Source: Dimorphilus gyrociliatus
Taxonomy: Eukaryota > Animalia > Annelida
Reading direction: 5' to 3'
Length of the DNA stretch: 64,000 bases
NCBI GenBank assembly: GCA_904063045.1
Contig: CAJFCJ010000001.1
Location: forward strand, 744,001 to 808,000
The notes under the pieces are model-generated. The model ran no database searches and was not told the DNA's origin. It saw only the letters and a list, made by a program, of their open reading frames with translations. A program made the position numbers and the translations under genes. Every line of letters begins with the position of its first letter. The stretch's first letter is position 1. Below are positions 26,589-40,700 of this stretch, piece after piece.

Positions 26589-27274
26589 TTAGAAATAGAA
26601 TCTTGTTATTGTAAATGATGAAATTAAGCTAAGGAGAAGAGTGACTGTTACAGCTTGATTTTGATTTCCTTTCAACTAGAAAATATATAGATTAGAATAT
26701 AACTGAAATAATAATAATATAGATAATAAGGCTTACCGTTACGTAATAATTACATAAATCTCCGTGACAACATTCAACACATTTCCAATCATCGTACCAA
26801 TCTCTCTTGCAGTAAGGCAGGTGACGTTTCCTTTCTTTGAGGCAATGCTCTGATGTTGCGCAGTATTTTGTTACATAATGTTGCCTTTCTCCATAAGGTA
26901 CCCAATATGGCGGAACTATGGTTAAGTAAACAAAATAATAGACTATTAATAATGATTATTAACTTTTAAGATTAATTTATAATTAAAAGATTAGAGAAGC
27001 ATCTAAGATATTATCCTATTCATTAGAACTTACGTCCCCATTTTACTTCAGTCATACACATATCCATATGTCCTTCGCACTGTACAGAAGTCTTGATGCA
27101 TTTGTCTTTATTAGAATCTTGATTCTGACATGCATAACACTCCAAACTATTTCCTTTAATACATAATTTTTCATATGAAAATGTTATCATTAATGAAAAT
27201 ATACAAAGTTTACCTTGATTTACCCATAACAATAATATAGAAATTGTCAATAATAATACATTAATTTTGTCCAT
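26589..27274 (-). CDS. GPI-anchored Ly6/uPAR three-finger protein, most similar by recall to Drosophila coiled (cold); 4 exons
   Basis: Signal peptide; LECYACQNQDSNKDKCIKTSVQC..CMTEVKWG; PYW..HYVTKYCAT..C..PYCKRDWYDDWKCVECCHGDLCNYYV; hydrophobic GPI tail LKGNQNQAVTVTLLLSLISSFTITRFYF*. Confidence 0.85.
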
Positions 27275-27779
27275 TTCGAACTAGACAAAAGGCAGGTATA
27301 CTACCTAAATTTTCTTATCGTTGATACTATTCTTATCAGGTAAAAATTGTGGATAATATACAAAAGATGTCGTTACTGTATAAGCGATAAGACACGAAGT
27401 AGGTACTCTCTTTCCATTTCCTCGAAGTCTTAGGGCAATGATCCCAATGTATAAAGCAATGGAATATTACGTAATTGGGTTATGTGGTAGCTATTAACCT
27501 ATTATCAAGAAGAGTTTTGATTACTTTTCAATAGAAACAACAGTCACATTTTGTTGATTTATAGAAATATGAAGAAAATAGTAAATGATTAATTAAGGAG
27601 GATATTCCAACAATACTAATATATATAATACAAATATAGAAATATGTTTCTCCTTCGTATTATCTTCTCCCATTGCTTATTCTTATTATTATCTTTGTTA
27701 TTAATACAATGTATGGATAGTACTGTATGCTACTGAAATCTCTTCCGTATTCACCTAAAATAGGACGCCCACGATTTGT

Positions 27780-27801
27780 TGACGTCTACGATGCTGACGT
27801 C
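27780..27801. promoter_or_regulatory. Tandem CRE/ATF-like TGACGTC motifs upstream of the Ly6 gene
   Basis: TGACGTC at 27780-27786 and 27795-27801, about 500 bp upstream of ATG 27274. Confidence 0.35.
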
Positions 27802-28015
27802 GATAAAAAATCAAAGTCAAAAAGGTCGTTTCAAGTGTAAATTTTTTATATTGAATATTAGTTGAATGACAAACAATAATAATACAATTTATTACTTAGA
27901 AACTATAATTATTGTTTATTGATAATAAAGATATTAAAATAAAAGAAAGGGTTATGTTTATCAAGCTATATAAAAAACAAATCTTCATCTTCTTCTGATA
28001 AATACTAACTAACAG

Positions 28016-28027
28016 TAGAGGGCACTA
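28016..28027 (+). promoter_or_regulatory. CTCF-like motif TAGAGGGCACTA (intergenic)
   Basis: 12-nt match to the CTCF core, between the Ly6 and SLC7 genes. Confidence 0.4.
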
Positions 28028-28907
28028 GTTTGATCTTGTTATTATTTTCAAATAAAATATCGTTAATTTTTTTATATTGATATTTTCTTTTCATGTAAAT
28101 TTTGTGCCAAAGAAGCATAAAGTTATAAGAGAAAATGTTTATTTATTAATTTCTATACTATGTTTTTATAGTCTTCTATAAAGAGCTAAATCTATATACT
28201 AATAGTATTTTTTTAGAATTAGATTCGATAATAATTTTGCAATTTTGTGCATAGCTGTCAAGGAGTCAATACTTTTCTCTTATACTTAGTATAGAAACCT
28301 GAAATATAATTAAACCTAGCAGCATATAGAAAGAGAGGGTAGGGAGTGAGAGTGTAGGCGAGAGGAGGAGAGTAAATATGTTATAGAAACATAAATAGTA
28401 ACTTATACAAGTCCTTTATTTTCTCCTTCTATTTTCTCCCTTTCATTTCATTGTCGCTTTTCCTTTGCCCTTTTTCTTTTCCTTCTCCGCTCTTTCTTTA
28501 TATTCTTAAAGAAATAAGCGAATTAGAACTTATTCTATGCAAGAGATAAAAGGATATAGTAACAATATAGATTAATAAAACGAATAAATAGTGAATGATG
28601 TGTATCGTGTTTAAGATTCCAAATAATTTTTCTCTACGGAGTAAACTATAAATATTTACTTAGTTGGCTTTATTAAATCAACCATGAGACGGAAGAGAAA
28701 AGTGAAATTTGTTCAGTAGACACAACATAATAGTAGTGAAAACAGAGATTTGGTTAATTGGCAATTTCCCGAGGAGATTCAATAGAGAACTAAAAATAAA
28801 ATCCAATGATACTGTAAAATAGAGACTGCCAAAAAAAAGAAATAAACAACAGAGAAAAGAGGAAGGGAGTATAGAAGAGATAGACCGAATGAGGCAAATA
28901 AATAGCC

Positions 28908-28944
<37 letters not shown>
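28908..28944. repeat. Compound (GATA)2-(GA)n microsatellite
   Basis: Direct reading. Confidence 0.9.
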
Positions 28945-28947
<3 letters not shown>

Positions 28948-30641
28948 TAAAAGTGGGTAAATACTGTCAAAGTCTTATTAATTTCGGTCGATCGTAAGCG
29001 ATTTGCAGTCTGAGAACTCAATAATAAATATTTTTTTAAAAATATGCTCAATGTGTTACACAGATTGCAATTATTAATGAATATCTAAATATAAGATTTT
29101 CATCTACATTTATTCACGAAGCCATATAGAGGTTATCGTACTAAATTTCTAAATATAGATTATAAATCCAATGATCAATTTAAGCATTTCACTGAAAATT
29201 AATTATATTAAAAATGTTTTATATAAAATTTCCTTTTGAATTAGAATAAACTACATGGAAGGTTTTTACTAAAGCTATCTAATTCATTGTTCTCGTAGCA
29301 TATGCTTTCAATTTATCAAAAATACAATAGGTAGGAAAAGGTTTTAATAAAAATAACCTAAACAAGAAATAAGGTCTGATGTTTATCATATGAAGAAAAT
29401 CTTCATCAATTATGTCCTAATTGATTAGTGTATCTTTATCGTAATCATATATTCTATATTATTATAATATATAATGTATAAGAAACGTTTAGTTAGTTAT
29501 ATTCATTTAAAATATTTTATAGATCGATATAAACTATTAATTATTTAATAGACATAAGGGGGAAACGCTAATACGGAATGAATGCTTCATAAAAACTACA
29601 TGTACTAGTGTTTTTATAATGAACCTTTTCGTGCTGAATTTACTCTTGTAAATTAAGTAGAATTAGACATGTAACGTTCGGATAAAAGAGAGAATGCGTA
29701 GGAAGAGCGTTGATGTTTTCAATCACCAAATGCATTGCCTTAATCCTGATTCCCTTATTGCTCTATTTTCCCGTTTCTATTCCTATTTTTCACTATATAT
29801 TCTTAAGGGTGTCTTGTATCGGCCTTTCATTTCTCTTCACTAATATGTAGACGAGTAAGTAAATCTATCTGTTTTATTATATCTCTCAATGAGATATCCT
29901 TTCCTTCATTTTTATAGAAGAAAAAACTTTCAGCTGCCATTAAACCCATCTCGTATAAAAGCTAAATTACCAATCGATCAATACATATGCAGTATATATA
30001 AAAAATAAACCTTGGAGCTTTAATCTTTATAAGATACAAACAATTTGGTTTACTTTTAGCTACATCACAATATCGACACTAAATTCTTTTATTCAGATCT
30101 TAATTTCCACTAATTTTGTTTTTTATTTCTTTTTTTTTTTCTTTTTGACAAACACAATTTGCTATATTATCAACTAAATATGAATAACATATATATAAAT
30201 TTGAATCTAATTTAAACTCAGTTACATCCATTTCCTGATTAAATTTTCATCTTGTAAATTTTATCTTGAAAACAAAAGAGAACCCAAAAAAATAAAAAGA
30301 ACACCAATTTCAACAAATTTATCTTTTTTTATCATTCCTATCAGTCTTTATTGCAGGGAAAATAAATAGAATTCAATTTTTTTCATTCTGAGAACAAAAA
30401 TCACATTTCTTTGCCTGTTTATGGTCAAAGAAAGAGCTTTTTCATTGTCAGAAAGAAAGGTCTTTTCGTTAATAAATCATCTTTTTTTTGCGTTTTTGTT
30501 TGTTTATTTGTTTGTTTATTGTGTGTCTGTGTGGCAAAGCAATTATTCTATTTATTTTTCCCAAAAGAAAAGAAGAAAAAAATGAAAAGAAAACGGGTAA
30601 AGGGAAAATTAACTTTTTGAAGTGAATTTTAATTAACTGGT

Positions 30642-33600
30642 TTATTCCATATCCTTCACTTTCTGTTCTTCTGGTAGGCAAATGAGAATTTTCTGTACTA
30701 GAACAGTAAGCCCATCTGAAAAGATAGAAAGGATTTCTCTTTCAATAAAAACATATCATATTCAGTTTATTTTTATTTTCTATGCTATTTGAAAAATAGT
30801 AACAAATATAATTTTATACAATATCTAATTTGGAACTATTTTCGTAATTGGGTCAATAATAAGAAATCCTCATTAAAATTTAATTTAATTTATAGAAAAA
30901 TTATTTTTAACTTACTTATTGCTCTTTCGATGGGCTTTGGATGACGTTTGGGCATGGCACAGATAAGATAGATCGGAATGCCGGATGCTATAATTAGACA
31001 TCCGAAACCAGTCTGTGTGGGAGCTTGATAGATGGAGAATATTATAAGGAAGGAAGAAATGACGATAAAAGTTATTGGTGCAATTAAGGGAATGTTCAGT
31101 GGTCTATGAAGTTCTGGTCTCTTCTTTCGTAGCCATAAAAGAGAGACGACAGATAACGTAATAGCTAACCAATTGCTAAAGGTAACATAGTCGATTAAAG
31201 CAAACATATCAGTTGACACCAGATACAATAGAGATGTAAAACCCATAAATATAACTGCTGGTGCCGGAGTCATTCGTTTTGTTTGAACCATAAGCATCAT
31301 CCTAGGCATGTGACCGTTCCTAGCTCCGACGAAGAAAAGTCTAATAAAAGCAAAAAAAACACATATTTTATCAAGAAATAATAGAAAATCGTTAATAAAT
31401 GATTTTTTTTTAATGAATTGGTTCGCGGGTTGATAGATTGAATTTATAATAAAAAATAAAAAAAACTGGTAAAATCAGTTCTACTGATGGAGGGTTTATT
31501 ATATTTAATTTAAAAACTCTTAAAGATAATTTATTCTACTCTTTTTAATAATTTTACTTTAGTCTAAAAAAATTAGCAATTCACAGAAACTTTGGTCTAT
31601 TTTTAGCCCCACTTTAGCGCTCTTTATACATATTCCTTTATTGATTACTAGCTTCTATATTGACTACGAAACGTCAACTTGGCTTCTTTTCCAGAGAGCA
31701 GTAGACTATAAAAAAAAGCCTCGAAAATTTAGGGATACACAAGGCCTAAGTAGATAGTCTGTACCAAATACCAAGTTTGAAATGAAAACAAATCTTTTTT
31801 TTAGCAGATCTAGGCTAAGGATAAGAAAAAATATATGTCATACACGTGGGAAAGAATTGTTTGTCCTCATTTACTATGTTTTCTCTATTGCACTTAATTG
31901 CATAAAGCAACTACAGATATTAAATAGAAAAAGATTTTACCTAGCTGTCGTAAACAGGATACCATTTACGCCTCCAAAGGTTGACAAGGCAACAAATACG
32001 GGCACAATCCACCACATAACACCATAGACTTTTTGGGCAAAGACAACAGCTACAGCTTGCGCAGCCAGCATTTCTTCCTTAGAAACGACTGTGAAATAGG
32101 CCAAGTTGCAAAGTACATATACAGACATTACTATTAAACATGACATGGCAATGGCTTTGGGTAAGTTCTTCTCTGGGTCTTTCAGCTCTTCTATTACGCA
32201 GTTCAAATAGTTCCAACCGTTATATGCGAAAAGTCCAGAAAAGAAAGCCAGTGATAGACTACCGGCATCTGCACTAGTACCATCCCAGGCTCCGTAGAAA
32301 TGCATAACTTGTCCTCTACAAGCCTGTACTATTCCAGTAATAATAATTAATACAAGGGCAGCCAATTTCGCTATTGTGAAGATATCTTGAACACGTGTAG
32401 CATAGTTAACATCGTAAGCATTAACAGCGGTTAAGACCACTAGAAGAGAAGAAAAAAAAAGATACAGTATAGATAATTCTTTCATATAACATTCAATAGA
32501 AATAATATATAATATAGTGTAATGGTAAGTATTATGTTGATTTTATTCGGAGTAAGAAGCGATATTTTTCTTTTCATCAACTACAAATAAGATCACATCT
32601 CTTTCTCTATCATTTATACATCCTGTTGAGAGCAACAAATTGTATACTCTGCCAAGCAGAGCATACAATTTACTTTTGTTCAGAGGATAGAAAATTTGTT
32701 TGTAAACTGATTTGATATAAATCAGAGAGGAACTTTTAGATATTTCTCCCCTAAATCTCTTAAATAGAAAGTAAATTATATAATCTGACATATTATTGGC
32801 AGTGTTTAGATAAATGTCACGTAACCTACGATAAATGCTATATTTAGTATGTCATTTAAACATGTTAGCTATATATAAGAATTTTCAATAATGATCTTTC
32901 AACGATAATACTAATATTACATTGTCGAAAGGTATGATCCATTCTAAAATTGTGCTATAACATTACTAGTCATTTGTTTAATGCTATTTTGTTTACAGTA
33001 AATTTGATATCTTTCTTAATTAGCTAGTAGAGACGGATAAGAATTTGTTAAGAGTGAATAATTATTATTAGTAAAATGTTGCAAGATCTACTAACTTATG
33101 CAAACAACCGCCAACAAACGAACAGCAATTTGGGGCTGTTCACAATCTGGGAAGAGGGGCTCCATAACATAATAAGAAAATGTTAAAGCAACAATCGCTT
33201 GGGAGCATGGCCTAACAATTAAAGCTTCCGTCCAGAGACGCAGAAAAGCGAATACTGAACCAAAAGCTTCGTGAATATATGCATAATCTCCTCCAGATTT
33301 CATAATAGCTATACCAAGTTCGGCATAGCAGTAGGCTCCTAACATTGACAAGAATCCTGTCAGAATCTGTGGAATATAAATCAATATGAATATATTTAAT
33401 AACAACAATCTATGATTTATTAAAAAAAACTAATACGAAAACAAAAAGTAGCACGTTGTATTAAAAATCAATTGAAAAAATTAAAAACAATTTTTATCCA
33501 GCTATTCGACCCTTATAATATCATGATTTAATATATTCCATCATTGTATCTCTTTAAATTATATACAATTTCCTTTTTGTAGACAAATTCAATTTTACTC

Positions 33601-35668
33601 TATACGCATAATTAAAAATATAAAATGTTTTATATATGTTTGTGTATTAAATATTCAAGGAAGCATAGTAAATATTAAGCTATTTATTTTACTCTAAAAA
33701 ACAAAATGATGGAAAGGCGGAGAGTGGGCATGGGGATTTTTATTTGTTACATTCTTAAAAAAACAATATTATTCTATTTATTTAATATCTTTTGATTTGT
33801 TGATTTTCTTTTTTTTATTCCATTTAAAAATTGTACAATCTATCATATTACTATTTTTTTTATAACAATATAAAGTTTATTAGCATATCGCTAACAAAGA
33901 ATATTCGATTTGTCAAGATGATAAGCAATAAGCTGTCTTTACTAGTGCATAATAAATTAATAAATATTAGAATTTTGCTTTACTTAGTTTAGAATTAATA
34001 ATAATGTATATAAATCCTTATTGGTAGATTTAGTAAAAGTTTCTTTAATGAAGACGGGAAATTGTAGTTTTTTAAAAGTAAATAAAGTAATCCCTAAGTT
34101 ATGCAAATATTTTATTTCAAGGGTTTTTTTTTCCTCTCTCTCTCTCTCTCTTGTCAGAAATATTTGTCTGCTTCTTATAAGGTAAAATTCCTTTTAAGAA
34201 AGTTGGTGCGTAAATCCGGGGTTCTTCTATATATTTGCAAACATACAGAAGCCAAACTGACATTTCGATTTTGAGAATAAATACATATGTTTTTGAACAT
34301 TATTGTTCTATTGAAAGTATAACGCGTTTATAATATTTTATTTCTTCTATTCTTATTAGCGCTTTACCGCCAAAATGTGATTAATAATTAAGGGACGGCA
34401 GGTGGTCACTAACTTCTTCTGGTTTTTAATTAAAAGGAATTTTATTTTAGATTGCAGGAAGTACCTTAGGTAATTGTAAACAATTATCTAAAGCTTGTTT
34501 TCTTTTTAAAATATTTAATTTTGCTCGATTAGTAAATTATCTTTCTTATTTCACAATAGATAATACAACTTGACCGATAAAGTCTTATACACCGCCCCGT
34601 AAGAAGAAAATGGGCGTTTTTTATTTGTTTCTTTCAGTTACGCAATTTATATTTTAAAGGTTGTCTGTTGAGTAGGAATAAAAATTTGACCTACATACCA
34701 AGAAAACTAAAAAAAGAGAAAACCGAAATCCCCAACTGTTACTAAAGCGAACATAGCATTAAAAGTCTTCATTCTCTCCGATCTAAATTTAGCCTTAATG
34801 GAAATTTAGCAATTTATTTACGGTCTACTAAGCCTATTAGAAGAATTACTAGGAGAAACTATATAACGGATAAAAAATAAGCCGACTGTTTAAAAACTAT
34901 TCCTTCTAGGCGATTGTTGTAAGAATTTTCGCTTTTACGATATCACCTTCAAAAACTCCTTTTGTTGTCAAATGAGATATGCGTCTCCATTAGCTCTTAA
35001 CCAGAAAAAATTTCCCTTAAAAGACAAGAACAATATAAAGAAGGTCAATACCAATCATTTAATTATTCATAAAGACACAGTCTTCGCTTTTCAACTACAA
35101 GACAAAAATTGACAGTAATAATATTTTTTATGAAAGATTATCGTTTTTAAGAATTAAACCTGATTAAGGCTAAATTATTAACTATGATTTAACGGATTTC
35201 GGATTAAGTATAACAATAAGTAAAAAAAAACTGTAGATTAAATCATTAAAGGAGAGCTGCTTAAGTAAAATAGATTTATATTAGAATATATACATTTATA
35301 TATATATATATATAAAATATAATAACGGTAACCTAATAAACACTTTTAGTATAACTAACGATATTTGTTTTTGATTATATTCGTTTAATCTATTTTATGT
35401 TAAAATGCATTAAAAGAGACAAATAGATTTTATTATGAATTATTTATAAGATAGACTTTATAACACTAAAAGTTTTCGACAGCTTTTTGACATCTATATA
35501 ATACTAAATAATCAACCAATTTGCCACTTTTGACTATAGATATTCTCATAAAAAAAAGGCTAATAAATATATATATATGTGTGTGTGTGTATCTATGCGA
35601 AGAAGAATAAGATATCTTTACAATTGATTCTGATAAAACATCGAGATACAATTCAAGCAGTTATATTC

Positions 35669-35699
<31 letters not shown>

Positions 35700-36469
35700 G
35701 CTAGATAGATAGATAAGTTGATAATAAAATGTATATTTATGTATATTTTATTTTTACTATTATAAAATATGATATTATTTCTTTATCTAATTTCCAAAAT
35801 TTGCATATTTGAAATAAATCTATCTTCTATTGAGAGGGACAGGGAATTTCATTCATAACATAATAAATTACTTGTCTACACCCTTTCTCCACGTTTTTTT
35901 TTACTGATGCAAGATTGAATAATTCTTTACACAACAAAAGAGTCTACAATGTCGCGAAGGACGTTTCCGGTTGATTCACGTGGTTTGAACATATATAAGT
36001 ATATATATATATATATATGTACATATTTATATATAGATGTATATGTACTTAATAGAATACTCTGTAGTTTACTAGCTAAATATTTATTATCCAGCTAGTA
36101 CATAATTGTTGCAGAATTTTGAAAAAGTTCTCTTTTGTGTACTACAATATTGAACACTAATAAAATACTCACCCATATAATTAAAGCCAATCCTACACTT
36201 CCGGAATGCTTTAAAACACCAGTTGGACTCACAAAAATACCTGAACCAATAATCGATCCAACGATAATCCCAACTCCATTCATTAAAGACATTTTCGGTT
36301 TTAAGTTAACGCTATCGTCCGAGTTAGCTTCATCTCCTTCATGTAGTTTGGAAGATCCAACCGAAGTATGTCGACTACGGGACATTTCGGAACCGCTCAA
36401 ACTTCTCATAGCTGCTCGTACCTTCTTCAGAGAACCAGAACCGCTTATCTGTCTTTCCGGCCTCTCCAT
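30642..36469 (-). CDS. SLC7 L-type amino-acid transporter light chain (LAT1/LAT2/y+LAT-like), 5 exons
   Basis: [45 protein letters not shown] (Cys for the disulfide to the heavy chain), [22 protein letters not shown]. Stop TAA at 30642-30644; first intron about 2.8 kb. Confidence 0.95.
35672..35699. repeat. (TA)14 microsatellite
   Basis: Direct reading, SLC7 intron 1. Confidence 0.95.
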
Positions 36470-36518
36470 GTGGATTTATTTGTATGTCTATAGGCCACCA
36501 AATAAATTTCTTAGATAT

Positions 36519-36520
<2 letters not shown>

Positions 36521-36550
<30 letters not shown>
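36521..36550. repeat. (AT)15 microsatellite
   Basis: Direct reading, just upstream of the SLC7 ATG. Confidence 0.95.
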
Positions 36551-36552
<2 letters not shown>

Positions 36553-36870
36553 CAGCTCTAAATTTCTTGGCGACTCTTTACTTTTGTCCACGTAGCTGCT
36601 TCAGTAACGTGAGTTGTAAAAAATCTATTTTACTCAACGGTTGCTTTTGAAATATGTTCCTTATTTATCATCATTAAGAGAGAAAAAATCGAATACATGT
36701 ATATATATATATATATTAATATATTTATATATAAATGTATCAGATTTTACATTGTATAGCGAGCACACAGTCGATCACCAACAGAAACACTGCAAAGGGT
36801 TTGTGTTAGGCAGCTGTTTGCTTGCTGGGGTATCTAGTTGATTACTCATATATTTTCGCTCATTTTTTGC

Positions 36871-36881
36871 AGCGCCATCTA
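36871..36881 (-). promoter_or_regulatory. CTCF/YY1-like motif TAGATGGCGCT upstream of SLC7
   Basis: Reverse complement of agcgccatcta, about 400 bp upstream of the ATG. Confidence 0.35.
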
Positions 36882-37786
36882 AGAGAAATTGCTGAAAACT
36901 TTAAAATACCCCTATACAGTTGAATTTTATTGATCAATGCTACATTTTTAAATTTATTTATAATTTAGCCTATACATCTTTTATACAGTTGATATTTTCT
37001 TTAAACAATTTGTTGAATTGTTTAAACCAAATATAAATACTCTTTGTCTAACGAGCGAACAGACTTGGCGAAACAAAAGCATATGATAATAAAGATACCA
37101 AAAACATTGACAAAAATAATAAACAAGAATAAAAGCAACATTTATAATTATAAACAGTCTGCCTTCTTGAACTCTGAAAAACACTATTCTAATGGAAATT
37201 TAATATTAAGAAAAAATTAGGATAATCTTTAGAATGATTGTCTTTAAGAGCAGAAATAAATGAATATATGATTTAATATTAGTCTATAAAATTACATAAT
37301 AAAAGAAGTGTTTATAGATTTTGTAATCTGACAAAAATGGAAGTTAAATACGCTCAAAAATCAAATTTTATTCTCTTGCATATTGTTTAAGAGTGTAACT
37401 GAGCGTTTGCCCTGCTCCCCGGCTGAGCGAAAATAAATGAAATGACCTTGAGTGTTGCTAGGGATTTGATATGTAAACAACCCTTAGCCGGAGTTTTCTT
37501 CTAGGTTATTCATATTGATCCACCAGTGTCAAAAAGTTTTGTACAGTGGCGTCAAAGCGTTAAAGATTGTCTAAAAGCAAATTTTTTCCAGCAAATGTTT
37601 ATCCGGTAAAAGTTAACGTTCTTTTCATTTTAGAACATTTGAAAATTGAGCTAAAATGAATTTATATATTTATAAGAAAAAGTACAATTAAAAGAACTTT
37701 ATGTAAATTCTTTCTAGGTAACAATGTCTATTTTTATGAACACAATAAAAAGTAATTTGGAAAAATGTAAGAAAAATATGATGAGA

Positions 37787-40700
37787 CTATTTTTGTGTTT
37801 TAAACTTTGAAGTTAGTTTATCTCTAGTGGCAGATAGCCTAGCAAACACATCTTCACTGCATGTTGAATCACTGTCTTCTAATGAAGCCATTTTTGGTCG
37901 ACTACTACTATCAGAGTCATAATGTTGGATAAGAGTTATAGGACTATCTTGCTTAACTGTTTAAAACAAAAAAAAATGATAACATGATATATTAATTAAA
38001 TGTAAAAGATTATATACAAGATATATTGACACTTACTATCGCTTAGGGGTAAAAGACTCTCAATCGATCCCATATCTCTCTTTTGTTCTTTCTTATCTTT
38101 TTTTGTACACGTTGAGCATTTACAACCAACCCTGTGCTTGCAAGAATGGCTCGGTCGTTTTTCTTTACCACAGTTAGAACAGTATTCTTTTTTCCTATCT
38201 TCGTTTCTGTTAGCGTTATTATTATTTCTAAATTCAAAGGCAAAATCTGTAAGACTTTTCTCCGAATTGGTCTCTAAATCAGGACCAATCGCGTTAATTC
38301 TCTTTAAAATTTTACTTTCATCAGCAGATCTCTCAAATCCAGACATTTGGGTTTGAAGTCTTGTAATTTCAGACTCTTTTAAAATAAGATCTTGCTTAAC
38401 ATTATCCAACAGTTCGTCTCTATCAGCGATTTGTTTACTAAGACGTTTTATAGATTGTTGAGACGTCTTAAACTTTTGTTCAAGTTTTTCCTTATCAACT
38501 TCTAATTGTGTTATTCGAAGACGATATTGAGTAGCTTGTTTAAGACGAGCCTCTTCCTGATCAGCGTTCTACATTGATAAAAAATGTTGGATAATCTTTT
38601 GAGAAATGATAATATATATACCGTTTTTCTATAAGTATCTTTAATTTCATTAATTTCCTGTTCAACTTCTTTCAGTTTAGCCAACGCTTCATCTCTATCT
38701 TTATGCTAAAAGAGTAACATTTTAAAAGTTATATTAGAAAGAAAAAACTCATGTAATAAGGTTATTTACAAGATTTGCATGAGAATTTTGCGCTTCAGAT
38801 AGTTCTGCTTCTAAACGTCTTATTTCTGATTCCTTAAGCTTTAAGTCCCTTTCAAGGGACTCTATTTTCCTAGAATATTGTGAGGTTTCTTCGTTTCTCT
38901 TCTGTTTGATAAATCAACAAAGTAAATATGAAACATAAGTAGTTAAAATTGATATAAGAATTCGTCTTATAAAATACATACATTTAAACCCAATTTTTTA
39001 CTTTTAATCTCATCTTTTAATTTCTTATTTTCCATTTCCAAATCTAATATTTTCGAATTTAGATCACCTTGTAATTTTCTATTTTCGTGCAGTTGTTCAT
39101 TCAAACTTATTGACGATTTTCTAACTTCGTCAAGAGCTTTTGTCAATTTTTCTACTTGATTTAATAAATCCTTTTCTCTTTCATTCATTCTTCCAAGTTC
39201 ATTTTGAACCTTACTTTCTGCTATATTAAATTTTTTAAAATCTAATTTTAATTGATTCAGTTCCATATTCTTTTCTTCAAGTTCACGTTTAGTTTCATTC
39301 AGTTCATGAACATAGTTATTACTATTTAATTCGGTTTTCGATAGAGAATTTTTCAATCTACTTAGCTATTTATAATTTAAATAAAAAGGATTAAAGAGTA
39401 TAGTCACTAATTGATAAGATGAAAACTTACTTCTTTTGACTTCTGTTCTGAGTCAAGTATGGCTTTTCTCATTCCATCTTCGAGTTGTGAGGCCCTTTGC
39501 TGTAGGTTCTCCTTATGATGTCTCAGCCCAGCTTCGAGTTGTGATATCTTTGATTAAAAACAATAAATTTTTAATGTATATAAGCTGGCTTCTTATTTAT
39601 TAATAAAGTACAAACTTCTTCTGCTCTTCTAAGTAGTTCTCCTTGTCTCTCCTTTAAGTCATTTTCCATTGAGATACATTCTCTCTCAAGACTTCTATTT
39701 TCATCTTGAAGACGTCTTATTATTTTTTTCTGATGGTCAATAGTTTTCTCCCTTTCTTCCAACTTATTTTCCCATCTTTCAATTTTCATACCATTTTCAG
39801 TAAATTCAGCTTTTACTTTGTTAAGGTCATTACTTTTTAAGAGGTAATTCTCCTCTGTGCGTTTTAACCTGTCTTCTTTTTCTCTGAGGGCATTTAATAA
39901 CTTTTCATTACTCTCATCTTTATCCTTTAAATGATCTTTAAGAGAGTTAATTTCTGATTTCGATGAAATAATAATCCCCTCCATCTCTGCTATACGATCC
40001 TTTAACCTCTCAGAGTCATCCCTCTCGGCAACAAGCTGTTCTCCAGCTTCTTTCAACTCTTGCTCTAATCGACCTTGACAATCTTCCAGAAAAGAAACCT
40101 TCTTGAATAATTCTTGAACTTCTGCAGAATATTCCTCGGATTTTGCTCTCATGGCTTCATCCTCTATTTCGTGTAATTTCAAGCGTAATTTATTTATCTC
40201 AAGCTCCAATCCTTCTATTTTATTATTGGATTTTCTTTTAACAATTTCTAATTCAGATTGATGTCTGTCTTTTAGACGCTCCATTTCATCCACTTGAAGA
40301 TCAATGTTTTTTTCATATGATAATATTTTACTTTCGATATCCTTCATTTCATTGATATTTTCATCCCTTTCTCTTTTTAATCTCCTTATAGTTTCATCTT
40401 TCTTTTCCAACTGAACTTCGTATTCATTTCTAATCTTTGACAAACTATCTTCCCTTGATAATACTTCTTCTCTGATGGCAGTAACGGATCTTTCTAAAAT
40501 TTCTCTCTGCTCGTCACATTTTTTAAGAGAGTTTTGAAGAATATCAATATTTCTTTGCAATTCAGCACATTGCTCTGAATGTAAATTCTTCATCATTGAC
40601 ATTTTTGAATTTGCTTCATCAATTCTTTCATCCTTTTCCGCACAAAGTAATAAAGTACTTTTTATTTGCTGTTCAAGATCGCTGACACGTCGATTAGTTC

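Noticed and set aside
27644-27840. Signal-peptide-like small ORF followed by a CG-rich segment
   Set aside because: The hydrophobic run comes from (TTA)n-like sequence, joining needs a 39-bp intron, and the CG content is explained by the CRE-like motifs.
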